Origin: Seison nebaliae
Lineage: Eukaryota
Direction: 5' to 3'
Length of the DNA: 64,000 nucleotides
NCBI GenBank assembly: GCA_023231475.1
Contig: JALJEE010000748.1
Span: 1 to 64,000, forward strand
Shown: positions 50,101-60,900 of the stretch, in pieces
Layout of the letters: each line of letters opens with the position of its first letter
How positions within the stretch are numbered: the stretch's first letter is position 1
Notes under the pieces: generated by a model
Database searches by the model: none
What the model saw: the letters and a program-made list of their open reading frames with translations, nothing else
Told to the model about the DNA's origin: nothing
Position numbers and translations under genes: made by a program

Positions 50101-53100
50101 ATTAGATCAACAGAATGATGGAAAGAAGAAGAATCGAAAAGTGTATCAATCAAGATTATCGGAAAGTGAATTGGATGTTGATGGTGAGACAGCAATAGAA
50201 ACATATCGTCGTTTATTCTTGACGGGATATCGAGGAGAGAAATTAATTGAAGAATATTATGAGAATTTGACAACGATTTGGACACAAATTCGAGACAATA
50301 ATGAGAATAGTCGAGGAAATGATGATGATTTCGATGAAGATGATGATAGTGTTCACATCGAATATAAAGATTTATATGAGATCATTTTCCGTCAACTTCA
50401 TCATTTTCCCATCAATATGACTCTCTTCAATTTTCAATTACATACGATGCCGAAACAATTTGAAAGGAAGAAAATAAATTCGTTACAATTAGCACAAGAT
50501 ACTTTGCCTTCTTGTATTTTCACTTCCATTACATTGGAAGGATTGACATGTATTCTCGTTCCACTTCTTCTAAATGATCGTGATTTGACACAAATGCGAT
50601 TTCTCCGTTTACTTCAAAATATTTCTGATCATAAAGCAACTCATGATTGGATTGTTTCATCATTATTATCGATAATAGAAATGGCTCATTTCAAATATCC
50701 GTTAAACGATTTTTGTGTTTCTGAAGAGAAATCGAAAATTGTCATTCGATCATCAACACGTCGAAAGAATCAGAAAGATTGTTTTATCATTTATTCTCCT
50801 GCATGGCTCAATTATCGAGTACCGATGTCATTAGGAGAAAGAACATCAGTATTGAATTTCCATCGGAAATATAATTTAGAACAGAAGAAACCATACGGTT
50901 CCATAAGAATCGCTTTCAATCCGATTGTTGCTCCAAAAATTGTAAAATCAGTAATGAAATGTCTTTATTGGTTACATGAATATTCGCCCGCCAGTGTCTG
51001 GCGACATTTACCAGATTATTCGGTAGCGAAGAATATTGGAGAGAATGCGAAAAAGAAATTATTACCAATCTCTTCATCGATGAATCATCAATTGACATTT
51101 TGGGATTTCATCATTCGATTTGAAATGGAAAATGGCAATTTCGTCGGTCCACCACCAACCGTCATAGAAGATTTGACAGAATCGATAGATGAAGAAATGA
51201 AAATGGATGAATCAATTACGATGATTTCGAACGATATAAAATCATCCGATAATAATAATGGAGATGATACGATCATTTCAACAACATCAGAAATATCTTC
51301 GAGACAATTCATATTGAAAAATCGAAATAATAAAGAAATCGTATTAACGGTTCATGATGAGACGCCTCGATCATTGACAAAAATCAATCCAGCAAATCAT
51401 CATCTTCATCGTACACGTCACAAAATGAAACGTCCGTCAACAACAACAAAAAAACAACTTCGATCATCTTTCCCACATCATACTCAATCGTTAATGGTCA
51501 TACCAGAAAAGGGAAAGAATCAGATGATGGAAATTCCACGAATTCAAATGACTCATCATGACAATCAATCGATACCATCAATAATATCATTAGATTTCCT
51601 CATTTTATTAGAAATGATTCAAATGAGAATTTCAAATCCGATTTTTATTAAACCATCTGATTTTCATTTTTATTCTCTTCCCAAATCTATCGAAACGGAT
51701 CGATCACTCCAAAATGGTTTTTTCGATTATCGATTAATTCAATCAGATGCCACATGTGCTAAAGACGATTATCATACGTTATTGAATATTGATAGTGCGA
51801 TGAAATATTTAACGGAAAATAAATGGAAATCTCGAAATAATTTCCATCATATTCTCATTTATCGATTATTTTCCATGTTACAATTGGACGCAGTTCGTAC
51901 CAGTAAAGATGTTCTCGATTTATTAATCGAATTAATTTCATTAATATCATTCGAAATTGGTGAACAAAGACCAATGCCAACAGGAATTGAAGCGTATCGA
52001 GGAAATGTCATTCAATCGATAAAATCGGCCGATTATATTGAAATAATTCCAAGAATTTGGCAAGGATTCTATCAACAAATTCTCAATCCGGATGAACCAT
52101 ATAATACCAATGTTCCATTTGGTTATAAGAAGGAAATAGAATTGATTGTGAATGTTTTGAAAGGAATCGATACATTCGAAGAATACGATGAAGATTATGT
52201 CATTGGTGATTTGAATAAGAGAGCGATCGTTTTATTTAGTATGTTGATCGAACCTAAATTTATGTTTCCTGCACAAAAACCATCAATTCAAGATTATGAT
52301 TTATTACAATTATTATTGAATCGAATTGTTCGACCGACTCATTCGATTAATGAGAAGAATTTGAAGACACTCGAATTATTTTATTCGATGAATCATTTGA
52401 CAGATATCGAAATTTCGAGAGATATCTTCTCTTGGCTTTATGCTTTCCTTCGCGAACATCTCTACATTCTCCCACCACAACAATTGGAGAGATGGATCGA
52501 AGTCACCACTCAACGATTAACATCGAACGACGGTTTATCCTTCGTTCTCCATACAACATTCGCTTTCGCTCAATATAATTATCCGACGGCGAGATTAATT
52601 TTGAATATTTTAGAAAAAGAATTCCTCAAAGTGGCGATCGGTTTAACGAAAGAAGTTCGTCAATTAACCAACGAAATGAAATCATATCGAGCCAAATTAA
52701 ATGCGACGACTGAAGGACATGATAAATCAGCAGCTGGTCCCGGTCCATCCACTGATGATAAGAAAAAGAAGAAAAAGAAGAAACATGTCAATTTGGATAA
52801 TTCGAATCAATTAAATAAGAAACATATTGGAAATGTCGTTCTTGATGATACAGGACGTCCAATTATCATAAGTAAATCTGATGTTGTCTCTCAAACTTTA
52901 GATGTGAATTTGAAGACGATTCGACATTTCTCTCAACGTACCTCACAACAAGTCTTCTTCGCCAAAATGTTAGAAGCGATTTCCGTTTTACGGAAATATG
53001 TCGATGGAATTAAAACGCCATTTACTCTCATCCATATCACATCGAAACGAATGAGTGTTCTCACTGTGATTATTCGACAAGTTTTCGAATTACTCTCTCA

Positions 53101-54876
53101 ACAAACATTCAATGATGAGAATGAAAGATGTAAAAATTTCCTAATGGTAATTGATGATATTCATCGAATACTTTTCAGATATTTTATTCGATTGAGAAAT
53201 GCACAATTCCAAGAGAAATTCATTACGAAAAAACAGAAAACAGAAAAAGAATTGATGAAAGATGAATCGATTGATATTGATGGTAATTCATCATTAGATG
53301 AAACTTTTGGTTTTTTACCAACATATTTATATTCAGATACGAATATTCCTATTCAATTACCGAATGATAATGATCAAAATAAATATCTTCGATTGACGTT
53401 GAGTTTGAAGGAGTGTATGAATTATAAAATTATGGATGCAGATTATCTTCCACTTTCCTGCAACGGAAAAATGAAAGATAATTATTGTTATTGTTCAATT
53501 CCATTATATCGAACGTCGGAAATGGAGAATTTGTGGAAAGGACTTGATGAATGTCTAACAGAAATGGCTCAATTTAGTTCTGATGTGAATTTAGTTCTCG
53601 TTCTGGAGAAAACTATCAAATCTTTCTTTACCATTCTCTCAACTTATGATTCGTCAGAGGATACGAAACGTTTCAAGAATTTATTTTTTCAAACATTCAA
53701 AGAACGTTCATATGAAGCTGTTTTGAATGAATGGGAGAAAATACGACCACCATCATCATGGTCCGATAATGACTCAACAACAACAACAACAACACAAATA
53801 GATGAAGAACGGTTACGACCTCATTTAACAACAACAGCGAGTACGAATGGAGTGACAACGATTGGTGGAATACGAGGAATACATATACCATTGACTACTA
53901 TGACAACGGCACAAATAGCTCCAATTCCATCAACTGGATTCAAGAATAATAATCGGAATGCGAAGAACGTCCAATTCTCTCATATCAATAATGTAACGAT
54001 GTTGGACGATTTGAAACATTTGTACAAAGTGAAAAAATTGACGAACGAAGAAATTATGAATTATATTAAAAAATATTTTGCGGAACGTCCAAACGTCGCC
54101 AAATATCCTTCACACGAAGTCCAACGAATTGTCCAATTCGGAAAGAAACATCGTGCTCTCATTAATCAACTGATTCGAACATGTGGTGGACGACTTCAAC
54201 GATCAACATTTGCCACTTTCAAAAATTATCCGCATATTCTCGATTTCGATGTTAAACGAGAATATTTCCGTCAAAATCTCGATAAATCTCGAAGAAGACA
54301 ACTTGGAATTCAAGTTCATCGTGAACGTGTATTCGGAGAATCATTCTTAACATTAGCCAATCTACCCCCAGAAAAATGGAAGTCTCAATTCTTCATACAA
54401 TTCTCAGGTGAAGAAGGACAAGACGCTGGTGGATTACTTCGTGATTGGTATCTCGTGATGGCGAAGGAGATCTTCAATCCCAATTATGCGCTCTTCATGT
54501 TAAATCCGAGTGATAAAGTGACATATATGCCACATCCAGCCTCTCATGTCAATGCTGATCATTTGAAATATTTCAAATTTGTCGGTCGATTAATCGCCAA
54601 AGCAATTTTCGATAATAAACATCTCGATTGTCATTTCACTCGAGCATTCTACAAACATATTTTGGGTAAACCCGTCAGGTTTCATTTTTCATTTTTTTTC
54701 TCATCTTTCTTCAATTTCTTTTTTTGATCTTTTTTCAATTTCTTTTTAGTTATACTGATATGGAAAGTGTCGATAATGATTATTATAAAAATTTACAACA
54801 TTTATTAGAGAATCCAATTAACGATATGTATATGGATATCAATTTCACAGTCGATGTTCATCATTTATTTTTTTTC

Positions 54877-54910
<34 letters not shown>

Positions 54911-55607
54911 TTAGATTAATCAATTTGGTGAGACGAAAACCGTTGCGCTGATTCCGAACGGTGAGAATATTATGGTGACGGATGAGAATAAACACATGTT
55001 CGTCAAATTAGTTTGTCAGGAGAAGATGATTGGAGCGATCCGAGACCAAGTACATCATTTCTTAGAAGGTTTTCATTTCTTATTTTCCATTCATTTAAAT
55101 TGGATTCAATATCGACAGGATTTTATGAAATTATTCCAAAGAAAATGATTTCCATATTTAATGAACAAGAATTAGAGTTATTGATTAGTGGATTGCCAAC
55201 GATCGATATCGATGATTTAAAACAGAATACCGTCTATGTCAGATATCGAACAACATCGCCACAAATCGTATGGTTTTGGGAAGTTCTACGGGCCATGGAC
55301 GAACAAGAGAAAGCGAAATTCATTCAATTTGTTACAGGAACATCGAAAGTGCCATTACAAGGATTCGCTCTCCTCGAGGGAATGAGTGGAATTCAAAAAT
55401 TCCAAATTCATCGAGATAAACAATCAACCGATCATTTACCATCAGCACATACATGGTTATTATTTTAATTTTAATCCTTTTTATTTAATTTATAATATTT
55501 TCTTCAGTTTCAATCAACTCGATCTTCCCGAATATGAAACAAAAGAGAAGTTAAAGAAGATGTTGTTGATCGCAATCAATGAAACTGTCGGATTTGGTCT
55601 AGCCTAA
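29330..55607 (+). CDS. HUWE1: HECT E3 ubiquitin ligase HUWE1/Tom1 ortholog, ~7,514 aa, 8 exons (29330-38507, 41879-48275, 48325-48581, 48663-54678, 54750-54855, 54915-55068, 55119-55455, 55508-55607)
   Basis: N-terminus [11 protein letters not shown] is similar to HUWE1 MKVDRTKLKKT. DUF908/913-like ARM region ([17 protein letters not shown]), WWE-like WLTYSPN...YGIDFGTM, and UBM-like [14 protein letters not shown] domain [17 protein letters not shown]...[13 protein letters not shown]...[16 protein letters not shown]...ETVGFGLA, with the catalytic Cys codon split by the last intron. Confidence 0.92.
38917..40950 (-). CDS. TRIM E3 ligase (RING, B-box1, B-box2, coiled coil, one NHL-like remnant), TRIM2/3/56-like, nested antisense in HUWE1 intron 1
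   Basis: [32 protein letters not shown]...CPLCR; B-box1 CDIC...[17 protein letters not shown]-box2 [35 protein letters not shown]-like [15 protein letters not shown]. Single 677-aa ORF. Confidence 0.9.
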   Translation of the reverse strand: MTANHPINIRSLTQEISDEFLTCKICLERYKDPKALSCLHSFCGVCILEHLQNGIYSNSRKSFNSSYKFGGKDFSCPLCRQKTKIPLSGVNALPDNFVIKNLTEMIRKGEERRSTVPKSFCDICRQTKKIDNLATCKCVDCNKLMCEQCSQQHRSLRITATHTFYELNMESVATCSIHPSENVRFFCERCDECVCVICTFTQHSDHELLDFHEGVKQHRSTLMAALNSGRKEMDELNNYLMVMKDCQLHMLQTENKIHESASQYVKIIRESETAVIEQLHKYYGEDGNSIIRKKELVERHLEELKQTCSLAHLAVENYDVELLLLKKKILEKFDIMSNNSLWNELKESNMNTGFQFHLTFLSNSIEFGRLSPCSSNDDRTNLSKPIDKISLISLPPTNNQGKKERRRPRQWHQLHNDDNDDGNDDDGNGDENELTPTRVDSNRIEEVKKEMKDRATNYERGTQLYRWRMIHNFILEKESQTDIRMIHDLVKSSTITSSMSRKEQQKEFDVSTQTKQIQQVDECEQVDDHNLYLESASIASSLNLSTLTLDKNNNNNNNNHDEQRKRHAHFADVDLVQQFDRSLSKESDRTNDNMDNNISDMSCGVAMLNSEDVIVIDPDAAAVSILTLSGEVKYAITPQPTPTNYKQGYKRVNINTPQGLLFFGLIDSKESIKRFEC
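44269..44391 (+). repeat. (AAT)n coding microsatellite, poly-Asn with Gly interruptions, in HUWE1
   Basis: Direct reading of aataataat...ggaaat blocks. Confidence 0.95.
46315..46540 (+). repeat. (AAT/AAC)n coding microsatellites, two long poly-Asn tracts, in HUWE1
   Basis: Direct reading; in frame within exon 2. Confidence 0.95.
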
Positions 55608-57056
55608 ACACTCACCATCATTTTTTTAAATAACGTTTTAATATTTCTCTTTTTAATTTTTTTTGCGTCGGTGATATGCACATTCATGCGTCGGAATCCG
55701 TTCGGTGATACATTAGTGACTGACGATGATAATTGTTAAAAATATTTCATTTTATTATTTTTCATTTCATTTTACTCAACATCGAAAGAGTTATGATGAT
55801 GATTGATGGAAATGGCCATCCTCAAAAAAGTTAAACAAATCAAAGAAATGTTTAATGAAAATGATGGAACAGAAAATTTCATTATTTTCTTTTACACTTA
55901 CTCCAATTCTTCATCTTCGATTCAATTCGATTATTACATTTTTCCTACTTTCTTTCGAAATTCATATTTTATTCCATTCTGTCCAAATCTCGTCGTCTTC
56001 CTGATGATATCGTTGGATATATACACATTTATTTCATTCCAATCTTCACAATTTGAAGTTGGTAAGAACTGATATTTCTTTTCCAATTGTGTGATGACGG
56101 AAAGAAGAATAATTATGAAAATTTTTCCATTTTCTATATCGTTCATTCCACTTTATTCGCCTTCAAATTGTTGTCGATGAAATGAAAATGGATTTTAATT
56201 CATTTATCAAATTATCATCTACGAATATTTCGTTCATCAAATAAAATTTTTCTTTATTATCTTCCCATATAATTCTGATTAATACTTCCAAATGAGAATT
56301 TTAATCGATAAATTATTATAAAACTTTCGAGACAAAAGGGGAAAATTTATTAACGATAACATTTATTAATACAATATCTCATTTAAAATCCCATTATTTG
56401 GAAATATTGAAATTATATATTTGAATGGATTATAATATCGATATTGATTGATATCATGTTGATTAGTCAATTTACTTAATAATCATAAATATTAATCATA
56501 TATCTTATCTATATAATCATAATCAGAAATATTTTTGGACAAAATTCCAATTTCGAATCCTCTCACTTCTTTTACTACTTATATTAATGCTTTCCAAGTT
56601 CACTCAATCTTTTCTCATACTATTCGATACTACGATTTACCACGAGATTCCTTCTCGATTTTAAGGATTTCATTTTTTCTTACGATCCGATCACGTAATT
56701 ACTTTTATTATTCACATTAATCAACAAACTTTTATCGACTTGCACCACTCAATATCAACGTAGGTGAAGACTGGAATTTTTTAAATATTTTTTCGAATTT
56801 ATCCCGACAAGAATTTTGCAAAGAATTATTTTGTCAAAATGTCAATTTTTAATAATAAATTATAAAATATGCCGAAATTGATATTATTTCAATTTTTAGA
56901 ATGGCTAGAGTGAATTTTACATGTATTACTTGTTATTTTTAGATGATAAATAATTTAACAAGATTTTATTAAAAGAAAAAATTTTGAAATCAATCATAAT
57001 GAGAATAAACGGAAAAATATGTTCGTTGTTTTGGTTCAATTTGACCATTGATGTTT

Positions 57057-57971
57057 TTATTTGATATGGATTCCTGTGCCAAATATGGAAATGTATTTCC
57101 GGAGGATTCTGAAGAAGAAAAAGAATGTTAAATAGATCCGACGACCATTAGTATCAGGGTAAATAGCAGAACGAGAGAATTATTTTTAATTGTGACATAA
57201 TAATAATGGAAATGAAACATAATATCAGGTTATGATATTTATAAGAAATAAAAGATGATAAAATAATTGATAAAAAAAAATGAAATTGTCATAACTTGAG
57301 TTCAATTGATTTCCTACCGTCCACACATTCCCCATCGACATTGTAAGTGGATGTTCGTTGTGGATTTAATGGATAGATGTGGAGACGAGTACATCGTAAC
57401 GGTTTCACATGTCTGCTACTTCTCTATTTTGTATGAATGGAAAAGATGAAGTATTAGTTCTGATAATCATCAACTTCGACCTATTGACACATAAGAATGC
57501 CGATGAATGGGAAGTGACATGTGCATTACTTTTATCTTCATAATTAGTTGAAGAGAATAATGATAAAAATTAATTTATTTTATTCATTCCAATGGAAGAA
57601 GACCTAAAGAATGAATGACGAGAGAGAAGAAAGAGGATGAATGTCAATGAGCGCATGAAACTGGTGGATGGGATGGTGGAAATCCGTTATTCATAATTAA
57701 CAATTTCGTTCAACTAACCAAATGATACGCATTCCTTGAACAACGTATCAAATAGAGCAGATGTTGAATAAATGAACATCGTTCCAACAATGTCACATCG
57801 AATGTTCCGTCACCTAAATGAGATGATGGTGCTAAACCATAACGGCTCTTCTTACACAAACAAGAGATGACATTACAATTTAACATTTGGAAATGATCGC
57901 TCCATTCGATTTCCGATCCTTTCCTCGCTCCATCAACCAATTCCAACGATTTGACCTTACACTTTTCGCAT
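57057..57971 (-). CDS. CERK: Ceramide kinase, 3' exons only (57971-57719, 57423-57296, 57108-57057); 5' exons not located
   Basis: NVISCLCKKSRYGLAPSSHLGDGTFDVTLLERCS matches the CERK CxCxxSxxGLxPxxHLGDG motif. It is followed by STYNVDGEC and KILRKYISIFGTGIHIK*, similar to RVHCQLVRLFARGIE. Confidence 0.8.
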
Positions 57972-60900
57972 CTGCTCATTATAATAAAGAAACGAAAAGT
58001 TTGATAAGATAATCAAATTTGAAAAGAAAAGAATTTTCAGTTCGCAACAAACTGATTAGAATTGTCACTTCAATCTGTAAATGACCATCGTCTTTCACAT
58101 ATCTTCCTCGACTACTATCGGAAAATTGGAGAATGAATAGATAGAAAGGATAGATATGGAAATCGCTGCAATATCGACGAAGAAACATGTTATTCTTTTA
58201 AAAGAACATAAAAATTTACTGAGAATACTCATCAAACTGATGATATAGTTATTAGTTATTAAAAAGTGTTTTAAGATACTCCTCTTTCTAACTCATTCTA
58301 ACTCGATTAACAACAATCTTTATCTTGTAAGATGTTTCATTTAAAATTCTTCAACACAATAACCATCTTTTCTCAATAGCCTTCTCTAATATCATAATAA
58401 TATTTATAAATACCTTATGTTCTCTAATATTTCGTATATAAATCGAATACGTAAAAGAAATTCATTATGTTTTAGTGAACTTAATTGCATCTACTAATAT
58501 TTCTCTCATACCTTTCATTCATCTTCATTCAATTTCAATGGAAAATTTGTGTGGGAGGAAAAATTTTTGATTCAATCCCAAATTGGACAAATTTCGATTT
58601 TTAGGTAATTTTTAAAAGTTATAAAACAGTGATCGATGGATTAATTAATAATTATTTGGACAATATGTTCATGAATGAAAGGAATGACAGACGATTAATG
58701 TTCACTTTCTACTTCCATGATTTTTCTGGTATTGATTTTGATGGTGGAGAAATATTTATGAGATTAATGAAACGAATGGTTATTTTTGATAAATTATCAA
58801 AAAATTTTTGTTGATTGAGAAAGAATAGTTTTTATGGGATATGTCATCACAATTATAAGTTTCACCTAAGTTGATTGGGAAGAAAAAAAATTTGGAAATC
58901 ATGACCAAATCCGAAAGAATTCTCTTTTATAATGAAATGTTCTTCATTATTTACAAACTTTCTTTCCAATAAGATATCGATTTTGGGAAAGGACAGGAAA
59001 AATATGATTTCTTTGTCAATTGGAAGATTATCATTCTCTGTTTGTGAATCTTCTTCGAAACGACTTGAATATGTCTAGTTATGAAATATATGGAGAGGTA
59101 TTATGAGGGGGAGAATGGTGGAAGTTCTTTTCTCAATAAAACATTTTCTTCCGACATTCATGAGAACGATAGAAGAATGGAATATAATCTGTACCAAAAA
59201 TCTAATATTTGTACATCTGAAAACTAACTAATAATACTTCAATTATTTATACACTCCAACAAATTTATGACATTATCATTGCTTCATCTACCTGATTACA
59301 TAATCTACTTTTCTCTATTTAGCACCAAAGAAAAAATCGGAAAAGAATTTTTTCCATTCAAAATCAATAAAAATAGGAATATTTGCATATTATCCTCCTC
59401 CCGTATATTTATTAATATTTAAACGATTGCTCATTGACGATCATCATGTAACACGAATTATTTCCGCGTTCAAATCTAGTTGAATCATTTCACGACCAAA
59501 CTAAAGAAGAAATATGAATACTTTCACAAAGCATGTCAACTTACCATTTTCAAATTAGCAAATGTGAGAAAAATGGATAAGTCCGTCCAGTATATTCATT
59601 GTTCCAATTTCACCGACAGAATGTCTAATAATCAATGTGTCGGTTTTTAGGGAATGTATGGAATTAATCGTTAATTATATTGAATTTAATTTCATTAATT
59701 TCGATTATTAAAGAAATTACGTCATGATGGAAAGTGCATTACAATCTAAAATAAATTTTTTAATAAGAATTTAAATTTCCTCCTTTTTATTTCTGTAAAT
59801 AATCTCCAGGAGTTAATTGGATAATTCTAATGAATTTTCTATTAGACCTGATTTAAATTTAAGTTGAATGAAATCGATTTTTTTTGAGAAAATCTTATCA
59901 GAGAGTTCTGGAAAGGAAAAATATGAAGAATTAGCATTTAATTAAGTAATACTTCCTTCTTTCACAATTTAAGTTTTGACAGGAATGATTCATGATTATG
60001 AATAATTCTTTCGTATTATCTAATAATCGACTAAAATATTTCAGGATAATGAAACGTTTTGGAAGCATGGTGGAAAAATTGAGGGAGAATACTTCGTCGC
60101 ATTATGAGAAGAAAGATGTATATGCGTAAACATGCGTCGAACATATTATAAAAAACAAAGTTTTCTAAAAAAATTTATTCTTTTTTTCGAAACTATCTTT
60201 TTTTTATTCCGACTCAAGTTTTCTCCTCTCAATCGTTTTCGTATTTTCTTTTTTGGAAATAATTGTTTATTTAAAAAATGTTATCTATATAATCCGTCGC
60301 TAAAATTGTCTTACAAGAATTTTCGCGATTAAAGAAAAATAAAATTTTTCATTGACTAGAATTTAAGAGGTAAATAGAATAATTTCTTTAAATTCTCTGT
60401 AAGAATATCTTCGTGTTTGGAAAGCGGGAAAAGGAGGAAAAAGTAAAGTGGAGAAACACAATAATTACATAACAATAGAAGTAGGAGACATGAGTGGACA
60501 AGTCGGAAAGCGGAATCATATATCGTGCTCCGACGAAATATGAGGAGAATGCAAACGAAAAAAAATGATAAGAATTCTGTTTCACGTTCAATCGATAAAT
60601 GAGAAAAATGTTTTCATAATTTATTTCTTCACACACGACGGGAAAAAGCGTCATAATGATGATTGATAATTATGTTGATCGAACATTTCTCGCAATTAAT
60701 TCTCGTATTTGATAAACGACAATTTGTCGAACATAAGTGGTTCGGAATTGAGATATTTATTTATATATAGATATATAAATCGTAGTATATGATTGATGAA
60801 TCATATTCTCGTCAAAATGGATCGTCATTTAAAGTGATGAATTTATGAGGAATTGTGCTGAGATATCTGTCTGTCTGAGTTAATAGCTAAGATAATAGAG

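Noticed and set aside
29330..54727. Three separate giant genes (3111, 2068 and 2131 aa)
   Set aside because: They splice in frame, and HUWE1 landmarks occur in the correct order across them. Their hydrophobic 'tails' are intron read-through.
4629..55607. Alternative genetic code or stop readthrough to explain fragmented ORFs
   Set aside because: Every break in conserved proteins is resolved by a short GT-AG intron, and TAA/TAG terminate genes at the expected C-termini.
55800..56330. Possible small gene on the minus strand (IKWNERYRKWKNF...EDDEIWTEWNKI)
   Set aside because: No homology recognised, no start defined, and it needs an unsupported intron.
4681..57718. Introns as U12-type (minor spliceosome) or as introner transposons
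   Set aside because: No GTATCCTT donor or consistent TCCTTAAC branch site, and intron bodies share no sequence similarity beyond AT richness.
59501..59544. Possible canonical GTAAGT...TTTAG intron (minus strand) as a counter-example to the GTT rule
   Set aside because: No supportable flanking exons, and a GTTGAC donor lies 4 nt away, so it cannot be scored. Worth checking in RNA-seq.
59570..59625. HSVGEIGTMNILDGLI as the CERK GGDG exon
   Set aside because: Lacks GGDG and runs into a stop; similarity is too weak.
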